This document shows positions 19,268 through 28,694 of a stretch of DNA of 64,000 bases, one piece after another. A program made the position numbers and the translations under genes. How positions within the stretch are numbered: position 1 is the stretch's first letter; each line of letters starts with the position of its first letter. This DNA is from an uncultured bacterium (GTDB taxonomy: Bacteria; Acidobacteriota; HRBIN11; JAKEFK01). The stretch is taken from contig CAWINI010000003.1 in the NCBI GenBank assembly GCA_963837395.1, positions 846,000 through 909,999 on the forward strand. Reading direction: 5' to 3'. The notes beneath the pieces were generated by a model. It saw only the letters and a program-made list of their open reading frames with translations, did not search any database and was not told the origin of the DNA.

Positions 19268-21967
19268 TCACGAAGTTACTGGATTTTTTTTATCGGGTTG
19301 AATGCCGAGATCTTTTTCCGCATTTTGAACCAAATCAATTCCGATTTTGCCTTGACGCGCCAATCCACTTAAAGCAGCAAGCGTGATATATCGCGCATCG
19401 ACTTCAAAGAAATCGCGCAACGAACTCCTGCTGTCACTTCGTCCATATCCATCGGTACCTAATGTATACATTGGACCCGGTACCCATTTTGCGATTGAAT
19501 CGGGAATTGCCTTAATGAAATCTGAAGATGCTACAAAAACACATCCTTGTTCATCTTTCAAAGCCTGTTGAACATAAGGAACTTTCGGAGTTGCACCAGG
19601 ATTCAGCAGATTCCAACGCTCAGTATTAAGTCCATCGCGTCTGAGTTCTTTGTAACTCGTTACGCTCCAAACATCTGAAGCTACACCATATTTTTCCGCA
19701 AGCAACTTTTGCGCTTTCAACACTTCATTAATCAGCGGACCACTTCCGAATAAATTCACTTTGCCATTTTGAGCCGGAATATCGGAAGGCCGTAACTTAT
19801 ACATCCCTTTCAAAATTCCTTCGCGCGCACCTTCCGGCATTTGAGGCATCGGATAATTTTCGTTATAAAGCGTCAGATAGTAAAAAATATCTTCACGTTC
19901 TTCATACATCCTGCGGATCCCTTCTCGGATGATGATCGCGATTTCAAATGCAAATGACGGATCATATGTAACTAAATTTGGATATGCTTGTGCAAAAAAG
20001 AGCGTGTGCCCATCTTGATGTTGAAGTCCTTCACCATTTAGGGTTGTTCTTCCAGCGGTGCCGCCTAACAAAAATCCTTTGCACCGCAAATCTCCGGCTG
20101 CCCAGATCAAATCTCCGATGCGTTGAAATCCGAACATCGAATAATAAATGAAGAACGGAATCGTATTGATGCCATGCGTAGCATAAGCCGTGCCTGCAGC
20201 AATAAAAGACGACATCGATCCAGCTTCAGTAATTCCTTCTTCCAGGATTTGCCCATCTTCCGATTCTTTGTAATACAAAAGACTTGCAGCATCGACCGGC
20301 TCATACAATTGCCCGACGTGCGAATAAATTCCAACCTGGCGGAATAGCGATTCCATTCCGAACGTTCGCGCTTCATCCGGCACAATCGGCACAATCAGAT
20401 CGCCGATTTCTTTGTCCTTCAAAAGTTTCGACAGCAAGCGCACAAAAACCATGGTCGAAGAAACTTCCCTGCCTTCAGTGCCTTTGTAAAATTCTTCGAA
20501 CAGTGATTCAGCTGGTGTTTTTAATGGAGGGCTGGTAACTTTCCTTTCCGGCAAATAGCCGCCCAATTTTTCGCGTTTTTCTTTTAGATAATTAATTTCA
20601 GGACTATCAGGTTCCGGAACATAAAAGGGTGCATTTGCGATCTCTTTATCAGAAATGGGAATCCCAAATCGGGTACGAAATTCACGCAATTCTTCTTCAT
20701 TTAATTTCTTCTGTTGGTGCGTGATGTTCTTTCCTTCACCACTTTCACCTAAACCGTATCCTTTGATTGTTTTCGCCAGAATGACGGTCGGCGATCCTTT
20801 ATGTTCAAAAGCTGCTTTGTAGGCGGTATAAACTTTTTGCGGATCATGACCGCCTCTGCGAAGCTTCGCTAATTGTTCATCGGAAAGATCCTTCACCATT
20901 TCCAAAAGTTTCGGATGAGCACCGAAGAAATGTTCGCGGATGAAGGAACCAGGCTCTACTGTGTACTTCAAATACCAACCATCGACAACTTCATCCATCC
21001 GTTTTACAAGCAAGCCCTCTTCATCTTTTGCAAGCAAAGCATCCCAATCCGTTCCCCAAATCACTTTGATTACATTCCAACCGGCGCCGCGAAATGCAGA
21101 TTCCAATTCCTGAATGATTTTGCCGTTTCCACGTACCGGACCATCTAACCGTTGGAGATTGCAGTTAATAACGAAGATCAGGTTGTCCAGCTTTTCGCGC
21201 GAAGCAAGTGTGATGGCGCCTAAAGTTTCCGGTTCATCCGTTTCACCATCACCTAAAAACGCCCAAACTTTCGAATCGCTTGTCTTCTTCAATCCGCGAT
21301 CTTCCAGGTAACGATTGAATCGTGCTTGATAGATCGCCATGATCGGACCCAATCCCATCGATACTGTTGGAAATTGCCAGAAATTCGGCATCAGCCAGGG
21401 ATGCGGATAAGATGACACGCCGCCTTTCAGTTCATGCCTGAAATTTTCAATTTGGTCTGCAGTTAAGCGTCCTTCTAAAAATGCACGCGCATAAATTCCG
21501 GGCGAGGCGTGACCTTGAAAATAAACCATGTCTCCGCCTTGCTGATCATTGCGCGCACGGAAGAAATGATTGAAACCAATTTCGTATAAAGTAGCAGCTG
21601 AGGCATAGGTCGAAATATGACCGCCGATACCCGCGTCATGTTTGTTTGCCCGTACAACCATTGCCATTGCATTCCAGCGGATCAAGCTCTTAATTCTGCG
21701 TTCAATTTCACGGCTTCCCGGAAATGGCGGTTGCTTTTCTGGCGCAATCGTATTGATGTATGGTGTGTTTGCAGAAAATGGAAATCGCACTCCTTCTTCC
21801 TGTGCGTAAACCAGCAGCTCACGAATTAGATTCGTAACGCGTTCCGGACCTTCGGTCTGAAGTACATACTTTAATGAATCCAGCCACTCTCTGGTTTCAA
21901 GAGCTTCGAGTTCACTAACTTCTTGCTCTTTGTCTTGAATCTTTTCTTGTTCTGCTACCTCATGCAT
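19268..21967 (-). CDS. aceE: Pyruvate dehydrogenase E1 component, homodimeric type
   Basis: 899 aa with AceE-type N-terminus and a thiamine diphosphate motif (GDGETDE). Confidence 0.9.
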   Translation of the reverse strand: MHEVAEQEKIQDKEQEVSELEALETREWLDSLKYVLQTEGPERVTNLIRELLVYAQEEGVRFPFSANTPYINTIAPEKQPPFPGSREIERRIKSLIRWNAMAMVVRANKHDAGIGGHISTYASAATLYEIGFNHFFRARNDQQGGDMVYFQGHASPGIYARAFLEGRLTADQIENFRHELKGGVSSYPHPWLMPNFWQFPTVSMGLGPIMAIYQARFNRYLEDRGLKKTSDSKVWAFLGDGETDEPETLGAITLASREKLDNLIFVINCNLQRLDGPVRGNGKIIQELESAFRGAGWNVIKVIWGTDWDALLAKDEEGLLVKRMDEVVDGWYLKYTVEPGSFIREHFFGAHPKLLEMVKDLSDEQLAKLRRGGHDPQKVYTAYKAAFEHKGSPTVILAKTIKGYGLGESGEGKNITHQQKKLNEEELREFRTRFGIPISDKEIANAPFYVPEPDSPEINYLKEKREKLGGYLPERKVTSPPLKTPAESLFEEFYKGTEGREVSSTMVFVRLLSKLLKDKEIGDLIVPIVPDEARTFGMESLFRQVGIYSHVGQLYEPVDAASLLYYKESEDGQILEEGITEAGSMSSFIAAGTAYATHGINTIPFFIYYSMFGFQRIGDLIWAAGDLRCKGFLLGGTAGRTTLNGEGLQHQDGHTLFFAQAYPNLVTYDPSFAFEIAIIIREGIRRMYEEREDIFYYLTLYNENYPMPQMPEGAREGILKGMYKLRPSDIPAQNGKVNLFGSGPLINEVLKAQKLLAEKYGVASDVWSVTSYKELRRDGLNTERWNLLNPGATPKVPYVQQALKDEQGCVFVASSDFIKAIPDSIAKWVPGPMYTLGTDGYGRSDSRSSLRDFFEVDARYITLAALSGLARQGKIGIDLVQNAEKDLGIQPDKKNPVTS

Positions 21968-21985
21968 ATTTCCTCCAAACCAACA

Positions 21986-22078
21986 GCCATTCTTCGCTTA
22001 TTCCATTATTCCAACATTCCATCATTCCTATTGCCATGTGGAAGATTGGAATATTGGAATAATGGAATATTCTCGGCA
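21986..22078. repeat. Octamer-periodic palindrome upstream of aceE
   Basis: CATTATTC-CAATATTC-CAATCTTC on one arm and GGAATGAT-GGAATGTT-GGAATAAT-GGAATAAG on the other, as read on the gene's sense strand. Each arm has an 8-bp period. Confidence 0.75.
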
Positions 22079-22080
22079 AA

Positions 22081-22812
22081 CTATTTATTACCATTGTGCA
22101 ACGTTTCGAGGGCCAAAGGAAGATCAGCCATATTATCAATTACCGCGTCGGCAATGGATTCTCGTGTGGCTAATTTATTTGCACCAATAAATTTAACCGC
22201 TTTCATCCCGATCCGTTTTGCGCCGGCAATATCTGTATGCTCAAGATCGCCGATATGAACTGCTTCCTCCGGTCTGATATTCAAATCATGAAGGATCCGC
22301 AAAAATGATTCTAAGCGCGGTTTAAGATAACCAGTTTCATTCGAAAAAGAAAACGAATCGAAATATGACTCAATTCCATGAGTACCTAAAATTCTTCGCA
22401 ATGTTGTACCGGGTGAGTAACCGGTGTCAGAAATAAGTCCGACTTTTAATCGCGTTTTTGAACTTTTCACAGCGTCTCCAGCACTCGGAATCAGCAATGG
22501 CGGGTGCTGTAGCAGAACAGTTTCAAAAAATCCCACGATCTCTTCCTGATCATTTTGGCTGATAGCGATTCCCAGCTCCTGGCAAACCACCTGGACATAA
22601 GCGTTCATCGTAGACGTCGTATACCTGCGCCATTGAAGTTCAAAATCGATCTTAGCGACTTCGAAGGCAGAATTCAGTTCGTCTTTTGTTAAATCCGGTT
22701 TGTACTTTTGCAAACTGTTGAATGCAAAGTCTTTCCGCATATCGTTGCGGATCTCTTCGCCACGATCAACAAATAATGTGTTCCAAAAATCAAATGTAAT
22801 CAAACGGATCAT
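22081..22812 (-). CDS. HAD-superfamily hydrolase
   Basis: N-terminal FDFWNTL (DxD-type motif I) and C-terminal GD..TDI.GA motif IV. Confidence 0.7.
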   Translation of the reverse strand: MIRLITFDFWNTLFVDRGEEIRNDMRKDFAFNSLQKYKPDLTKDELNSAFEVAKIDFELQWRRYTTSTMNAYVQVVCQELGIAISQNDQEEIVGFFETVLLQHPPLLIPSAGDAVKSSKTRLKVGLISDTGYSPGTTLRRILGTHGIESYFDSFSFSNETGYLKPRLESFLRILHDLNIRPEEAVHIGDLEHTDIAGAKRIGMKAVKFIGANKLATRESIADAVIDNMADLPLALETLHNGNK

Positions 22813-22935
22813 GATTGCCCAATGAAAGCAATAATAATAACAACTTGAGCCAGATCGGAGTAGGGGCAGGTTTCGTCCCCCGATTTGCTATTCACTTGCC
22901 AAAAAGCATTAAATATTTGAGTCGTCGAACCACAT

Positions 22936-24144
22936 ATGAACCCGATTCGCAATGCCATTCGGCCAAGGATACAAGTTTATAAGAAATATTCCTTTGGTGC
23001 TCCTGGATTTAAGCCGTTGAATGCTTATTGGAATTGGATCCGTGCAAATTACGAAATGGCTACACAGGCGTCAATCATCAAATCCAGGCCGTTAAAACTC
23101 AGTATTGATGTGACGAATGGTTGCCAGTTAAGTTGTCCGATGTGCCCTACTGGCTTGAAGCAGCAAGATCGTCCAATTGGCAATCTCAGTCAAGACATGT
23201 TCAAAAGTCTTCTTGATGAAATTGGAGACTTCGTTTTCTTCATTGACTTTTTTAACTGGGGCGAACCGCTAATCAATAAGAAGTTAGATGAATACATCAA
23301 GATTGCCAATCAAAAGAAAATCTGGACAACCATCAGCACGAATTTGAGTCTGCCTCTCAGTGATGAACGCATCAAGGGCATCATTGAAAGCGGGTTAAGC
23401 GAAATGATCATTTCAGCCGATGGAGCTTCACCTGAAACTTACGCCACTTACAGGCAAGGTGGAGATTTTGAATTAGTAATGCAAAACATGCAGCGGTTTG
23501 TACGGATGAAAAAAACGCTCGGCAGGAAAAATCCGTACATCGTTTGGCGTTTTCTTGTTTTTGGGTTCAATGAGAATGAAATCCCAAAAGCTTCTGATCT
23601 TGCGAATCAATATGGCGTAGATGGAATTGTGTTTGCACCTCCGTACGTGGATTATGAACGTTTCCCGGATTGGATCCCTAAAGATCAGAAGTTTCAAATG
23701 AAAAAACTTCAGGATCATCTCGAATTTACGAAGGCTACAATATCTTCAGCACCAACTTCGAATGAAAAACCTCCACCGGAAAAACATCGAAGCCGTTGTG
23801 ATTGGCACTACATTTCTGCGGCTATGAATCCGGATGGTTCAATCGCTCCGTGTTGCGCATTATTTGGCAAAAATAATGATTTTGCTTCCTACACCGGAAA
23901 AGAAGGAGGCAGTTATATGGCTGGAGTGAACGGCGCGAAGTATCAAACAGTTCGTGACCGATTTGCAGGACGCATCGATCATGAAGTTGATTTAGTCTGC
24001 GAAAATTGTCCAACGCCGGAAATTATGAATCTGGGAAAAAGCGTGAATCAGTTGATTTCTGTGCTCACTGCAGTTCAATTCATGGAAGGCGTCAAACGGA
24101 TGGTGCTTTCGCCTCTGCGCTTGTTTCAAACATCGAATCACTAA
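22936..24144 (+). CDS. Radical SAM enzyme with a C-terminal Cys-rich SPASM-like domain
   Basis: CQLSCPMCP (CxxxCxxC) radical SAM motif. C-terminal cluster CDWH...APCCALFG...CENCPTPE. Confidence 0.75.
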   Translation: MNPIRNAIRPRIQVYKKYSFGAPGFKPLNAYWNWIRANYEMATQASIIKSRPLKLSIDVTNGCQLSCPMCPTGLKQQDRPIGNLSQDMFKSLLDEIGDFVFFIDFFNWGEPLINKKLDEYIKIANQKKIWTTISTNLSLPLSDERIKGIIESGLSEMIISADGASPETYATYRQGGDFELVMQNMQRFVRMKKTLGRKNPYIVWRFLVFGFNENEIPKASDLANQYGVDGIVFAPPYVDYERFPDWIPKDQKFQMKKLQDHLEFTKATISSAPTSNEKPPPEKHRSRCDWHYISAAMNPDGSIAPCCALFGKNNDFASYTGKEGGSYMAGVNGAKYQTVRDRFAGRIDHEVDLVCENCPTPEIMNLGKSVNQLISVLTAVQFMEGVKRMVLSPLRLFQTSNH

Positions 24145-24556
24145 TGCGAATGCTACGAGATTTTTCGCCATCATGACTCATCTCAACTCGAATGCTGGGA
24201 TGCGGATAGTATTTCTTCAAATTATCAGCCCACTCTAAGATAACGAGTTCATCACTGCCAAGCAGTTCAAAAATACCTGCTTCGAAAATGTCTTCTTCTT
24301 TATCGAGCCGGTAAAGATCGACATGATAAATCGTTGGTGATGTTCCATATTCGCGAACCAAAGTAAATGTGGGACTCTGCACATCAGCGGAGGAATAATT
24401 AAAAGCTTCCACAAATCCGCGGACGAAAGTAGTTTTACCAGCGCCTAAGGGTCCGACAAGACATATTTTTTCGCCGCCTTTTAAAGTCTTTGCAAAATCC
24501 GTAGCAAACTGGCGGGTGTCTTTTTCAGAATGTGAAATGTAAGTTGAGATATTCAC
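24092..24556 (-). CDS. tsaE: tRNA threonylcarbamoyladenosine biosynthesis ATPase TsaE
   Basis: GPLGAGKTTFVRG Walker A motif; SPTFTLVREY. Confidence 0.85.
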   Translation of the reverse strand: MNISTYISHSEKDTRQFATDFAKTLKGGEKICLVGPLGAGKTTFVRGFVEAFNYSSADVQSPTFTLVREYGTSPTIYHVDLYRLDKEEDIFEAGIFELLGSDELVILEWADNLKKYYPHPSIRVEMSHDGEKSRSIRISDSMFETSAEAKAPSV

Positions 24557-26087
24557 CTTCGAAATTTTTTTGCGTCCGGATTAACTGTACTGCGCGGTTC
24601 CACATTGCAGGAATATCCATTGCATTCAAAGCTTGTTGCGGATACTCATGTTCAAACAAGTTCGCTGTAAATCCGTGAATGTAAACTCCGGCAATTGCTG
24701 CTTGCAACAATGGAATTTTCTGAGCAACAAAACCGCTGATAACACCGGTTAGAATATCGCCTGTGCCACCGGTTGCAAGAGCTTGTCCGCCGGTGGGATT
24801 GATCCAAACATTTTCTTCAGGGTCAGCGATAATCGTTCGATAACCTTTTAACACCACAATCGATCCAGTTTCACGTGCAAGCTTTAATGCGGCTTCAATC
24901 CGATCACTCTGCACTTTTTTGTTGTCAACATATAGCAATCGAGCCATTTCACCCGGATGTGGAGTGAGAATTGTCGATCCAGCTTTACGTTTCAAAAGAA
25001 TTCCGCGATCGAGAGCAACCAGGTTTAAGCCATCAGCATCAATCACCATCGGTACATCACATTTTTCAACAAATTCACGAACGAACTCCCAGGTTTGTTC
25101 GTTCGTTCCGATTCCGGGTCCGAGTGCGATCACACTTTTGTCTTTTGCAAAATCCATTGCAGAGTTGAAAGTGTCGGCGGAAAAACAATCGCCGTTACCT
25201 ACGGCGGATTGAGTCATAATTTCAGGACCAAGGCTGGCAATTATGTTTTGCACATTTCGCGGGGAGTAAACTGTTACCAAACCCGCACCGGCGCGCAATG
25301 CGCTTTTTGCGGACATGAATGCAGCGCCTGATTTCCCGGTTGAACCTGCAATCACCATCACGTGACCGTATGTGCCTTTATGACTGTCAGGCTTCCTAAA
25401 CGGAAGAAGCTGAACAACATCTGCACCGCGCGTGACGCTGATGGTAGATGCAGTGGGGATTCCGATATCTACAGCATAAATAATTCCGCAAAGTTCGGAT
25501 GCGGGCGGCAAGATGTGACAAAACTTCAGCGCAGCAAGGGCTACAGTTGCTTTTGCATGAACTGCCGGACCAATCAATTCTCCGGATTCGCTTGATAATC
25601 CGGACGGTACGTCGATCGACCAAATGTCTTTGCCTGATGTATTGATCGCTTCAACAGCCTGTGCATAATTTCCTTCCAGCGGTTTGGTGAGACCTGTACC
25701 GAAAAGAGCATCGATTATGAGATCTGCTTCTTGAAGCAGTGCAGGAAGATCAGAGATCGCAACTTCATCAAGGCAACGAACGCCAGCATGAATGGCACGA
25801 GTCCAGTTTTCGACTGGATCGTTTTTCAATGCAGTTTGTGATTCAAGTAATACGATGGTAGTAGTCCATCCGTTTTGCCGTAGCAACCGCGCAACTGCCA
25901 TACCGTCGCCACCGTTATTGCCTTTGCCGCATACTACAACTGTGGTACGTGGCTCAGGATAACGTTCCTGCAAAACGCGGCTGACTTGAGTAGCCGCATT
26001 TTCCATCAAAACCAGCGATGGAATTTTCAGTACTTCAATCGCATGCTTGTCCGCAGCCTGCATCTGCTGCGCAGTTAATATCTTCAT
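24525..26087 (-). CDS. nnr: Bifunctional NAD(P)H-hydrate epimerase/dehydratase
   Basis: YjeF N-terminal domain (VVVCGKGNNGGDG) plus a C-terminal carbohydrate-kinase-like dehydratase domain. Confidence 0.85.
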   Translation of the reverse strand: MKILTAQQMQAADKHAIEVLKIPSLVLMENAATQVSRVLQERYPEPRTTVVVCGKGNNGGDGMAVARLLRQNGWTTTIVLLESQTALKNDPVENWTRAIHAGVRCLDEVAISDLPALLQEADLIIDALFGTGLTKPLEGNYAQAVEAINTSGKDIWSIDVPSGLSSESGELIGPAVHAKATVALAALKFCHILPPASELCGIIYAVDIGIPTASTISVTRGADVVQLLPFRKPDSHKGTYGHVMVIAGSTGKSGAAFMSAKSALRAGAGLVTVYSPRNVQNIIASLGPEIMTQSAVGNGDCFSADTFNSAMDFAKDKSVIALGPGIGTNEQTWEFVREFVEKCDVPMVIDADGLNLVALDRGILLKRKAGSTILTPHPGEMARLLYVDNKKVQSDRIEAALKLARETGSIVVLKGYRTIIADPEENVWINPTGGQALATGGTGDILTGVISGFVAQKIPLLQAAIAGVYIHGFTANLFEHEYPQQALNAMDIPAMWNRAVQLIRTQKNFEGEYLNLHFTF

Positions 26088-26107
26088 CGTTTCAGCAATC
26101 CTTGAGA

Positions 26108-26190
26108 GCGATTTGTAGCGCCGGCGTCCACGCCGGCCGAGCTCGCTTTGAAGTATGAGTTTGCCGGCGAGACGCCGGCGTTACAAATCC
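26108..26190. repeat. GC-rich compound hairpin, REP-like
   Basis: GATTTGTAGCGCCGGCG ... CGCCGGCGTTACAAATC outer inverted repeat. It encloses two inner hairpins (GCCGGCGTCCACGCCGGC and GCCGGCGAGACGCCGGC). Confidence 0.7.
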
Positions 26191-26211
26191 CAGTGACGCG
26201 ACTTCAAAATT

Positions 26212-27237
26212 TCATTTATTAACCGGAATTTTCCGCGTTTCAGTCACATTCGAAATTCGGTCACCAACCGTAATATATAGATCATATTGTCCCGGTGGAA
26301 CTTCAATCGAAGGCAAAGTAACTGCAATTTCTGTTAATGCCGCGAATTTAGTCTGATCCCATTTAAAGCTTGCAGTATGCTGATTGGCAGCAATTAATTG
26401 GTCACCTTTTTTCAGTTCTTGTTTGAAGAAGAATTCGGCAAACATCTCATCACCTGAATCATATGTGGGAGCAGTATCGGGCTTCATGATAACTTCATAT
26501 TGAAGCGGTTCTGTTTTTACCTCTCGAATCTCAAATTCAATCTGGTTCAGACCAAATTTTTCAGTACTTTTGACCGATGAAATCAGATCACGATAATCTT
26601 TGCTTTCATCGATGATATTTGCTTTTGACACATCAACGAATGCTGCTTGAACAACGCTAGGGATGTCTTGATACTTGAAGTTTGCATCCAATGCTTGTTG
26701 CTGTTCACCGATTGTATCTCCGGGCTGAGCATTCGGCGGATAGAGTACATATTTGAAATCGCGATATACAAACAACATCGCTTCGTTTGGCGGAATGCGA
26801 GTAGATGGAGTTTTATCGTAAACCCACAATTCCGCAGGACGTGATGATCCTTCCACTGTTTGTTTATCAACTCTTCCGGGCGCTCCAAACATGATATAAG
26901 TTCGGCCACGCGCCGATTTCCAACCAGGACCATTCTTTTCGGCATAAGTCTGATTGGCGTATTCTACGCGTTCATAAAACTTTTGTTTGTATTCATTTTC
27001 ACGCGTTCGAAGAATCGGGTCGCGTCGTGCCCAAAAAATCTTAATGAATTGCATTTTCTCTTCGGGAGTTTTTAGCCGTTTCCAAACATCTTTTTCGTCG
27101 GACGTGATAATCAAACTAGGCGGACCTTCAATCCATGTATCAATATTTTTTTGCAGATCGGACCATTTGATCGGTTCAGCAGCAAACCCCAGCTGAGCCA
27201 AAAACAATAACGCTATGGCAATATATCTTACTAACAT
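26212..27237 (-). CDS. Secreted GWxTD-domain protein
   Basis: Signal peptide. The GWKSARGRTYIMFGAP block is typical of the Acidobacteria-enriched GWxTD domain. Confidence 0.7.
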   Translation of the reverse strand: MLVRYIAIALLFLAQLGFAAEPIKWSDLQKNIDTWIEGPPSLIITSDEKDVWKRLKTPEEKMQFIKIFWARRDPILRTRENEYKQKFYERVEYANQTYAEKNGPGWKSARGRTYIMFGAPGRVDKQTVEGSSRPAELWVYDKTPSTRIPPNEAMLFVYRDFKYVLYPPNAQPGDTIGEQQQALDANFKYQDIPSVVQAAFVDVSKANIIDESKDYRDLISSVKSTEKFGLNQIEFEIREVKTEPLQYEVIMKPDTAPTYDSGDEMFAEFFFKQELKKGDQLIAANQHTASFKWDQTKFAALTEIAVTLPSIEVPPGQYDLYITVGDRISNVTETRKIPVNK

Positions 27238-27293
27238 ACATACACCTCAGTCTCCTCATAAAATACTGATTGTTATTCGAGAACGCAAAGTGT

Positions 27294-27932
27294 TTAGTGA
27301 AACAGAAATCTCTGGAATGCCACGATATTAGTGAATGTGTAGTCGGGATTGGAAGGGAGATCATGAGGCGGTATGAAGCCGCTCCAGCGAGCAAGAACGG
27401 AAGTTGCGCCAGCGCGTTGTCCGGCTAAGACATCAGCGCCGGCATCGCCAACCACAAGCGTTTCAGCAGCCGTTGCTTTCAAAGCTTTCATCGCTTTTAA
27501 AATGCCTTCCGGATCTGGCTTGGGACGAATCACAGAGTCTCCGGTAACTAGTTCATCAAAATATTGCAGCACATTTTGTTGTTTCAAACAGTATTCAGCA
27601 GTTTCTCTGCCCGCACCGGTAAATAATGCAAGGCGTGATCCGCTATCATGAATTCGCTGCAACAGTTCACGCATGCCTGGAAATAATGCGATTTCATGGA
27701 AGTGATCACGATAATATTGGAAGAAGCGATCATAGGCTGCAGCTTTATGTTCTGCTGGAATGAACACCCCCATCACTTCAGGTTCAGCTGGTCCGAAAGC
27801 TTCAAACCATTCTTCCGGCGTTGGACGTTTGGAAGTAAAAGGTTCAATGCCGTAGTTGAATGCTTGCAGAATTACAGGAAGCGAATCGAATAAAGTTCCG
27901 TCGCGATCAAAAATGATGGCCTTCCACTTCAT
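27294..27932 (-). CDS. HAD hydrolase, phosphoglycolate-phosphatase-like
   Basis: AIIFDRDGTLFDS motif I; VGDAGADVLAG motif IV. Confidence 0.75.
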   Translation of the reverse strand: MKWKAIIFDRDGTLFDSLPVILQAFNYGIEPFTSKRPTPEEWFEAFGPAEPEVMGVFIPAEHKAAAYDRFFQYYRDHFHEIALFPGMRELLQRIHDSGSRLALFTGAGRETAEYCLKQQNVLQYFDELVTGDSVIRPKPDPEGILKAMKALKATAAETLVVGDAGADVLAGQRAGATSVLARWSGFIPPHDLPSNPDYTFTNIVAFQRFLFH

Positions 27933-27965
27933 GATGCGAGATGCGGGATGCGAGATGCGCGGCGG
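27933..27965. repeat. Heptamer tandem repeat (GCATCTC/GCATCCC, as read on the minus strand) that ends at the HAD gene start codon
   Basis: The plus strand reads gatgcgagatgcgggatgcgagatgcgcggcgg. Confidence 0.7.
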
Positions 27966-28694
27966 TCACGCATCAGCTTCAGCAGCAGCGTAAACGACAA
28001 TGTCGCCAAAGAGTTCACCTTGGTAGATGCGAAGAAGGCTGAGACGGATCATCTCCAGGATTGCAAGAAACAAAATAATCATCTCCACGCGCGTTTCTAA
28101 TTGTTTGGCATAGCCGATCAAACTGAAACTTTGATTTTTTTCCAGATACTCGGTCAACTCCTGAATTTTTTGTTTCACCGAAAATTGATCCGCTCTAATT
28201 TCAAGCGCTTCTCTTTTTTGAGTCCGTTTAATCAGAAGCGCAAATGCATGCACCAGATCATACAAATTTGCTTCCACTAATTCTTCGCGGTTCTCTTCCG
28301 GATTAAAAGTTTCAGGACGCTTCCAATATTGTTCAAACGTGCTTCCCCGTTCTTTCAACTGTTCAGCAGCCATTTTAAGTTTTTGATATTCCAGCAGTTG
28401 TTCAACCAGCGGCCGCCGCAAATCTTCTTCGATTCCTTCTTCTGATGGCGGTTTTGGAAGAAGCATCTTGATTTTTATTTCGATCAATTGAACGGCCATC
28501 AAAATAAATTCGCCGGCAACATTCAGATTCAATTCCTGCATCAATTCCAAATGATCCAAATATTGTTGGGTGATTGTTGCAATCGGGATGTCATAAATAT
28601 TGATTTCATTTTTGTTGATTAAATACAGCAGAAGATCCAGTGAACCTTGAAATACTTCGAGTTCGATAACCGGGTGTGTTGATTCCATTACCAA
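27966..28694 (-). CDS. scpA: Segregation and condensation protein A
   Basis: LDLLLYLINKNEINIYDIPIATITQQYL ScpA N-terminus. Confidence 0.85.
   Translation of the reverse strand: MVMESTHPVIELEVFQGSLDLLLYLINKNEINIYDIPIATITQQYLDHLELMQELNLNVAGEFILMAVQLIEIKIKMLLPKPPSEEGIEEDLRRPLVEQLLEYQKLKMAAEQLKERGSTFEQYWKRPETFNPEENREELVEANLYDLVHAFALLIKRTQKREALEIRADQFSVKQKIQELTEYLEKNQSFSLIGYAKQLETRVEMIILFLAILEMIRLSLLRIYQGELFGDIVVYAAAEADA

Noticed and set aside
17531-21967. Missing E3 (lpd) downstream of aceE-aceF as an anomaly
   Set aside because: E3 is frequently encoded elsewhere. The downstream TPR gene is separated by a nest of repeats, so this is not informative.
22825-22851. 8-codon ORF (MKAIIITT) upstream of the radical SAM gene, considered as a precursor peptide
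   Set aside because: Far too short. It has no leader or core features, no ribosome-binding site, and no Cys, Gly or Tyr residues for modification.
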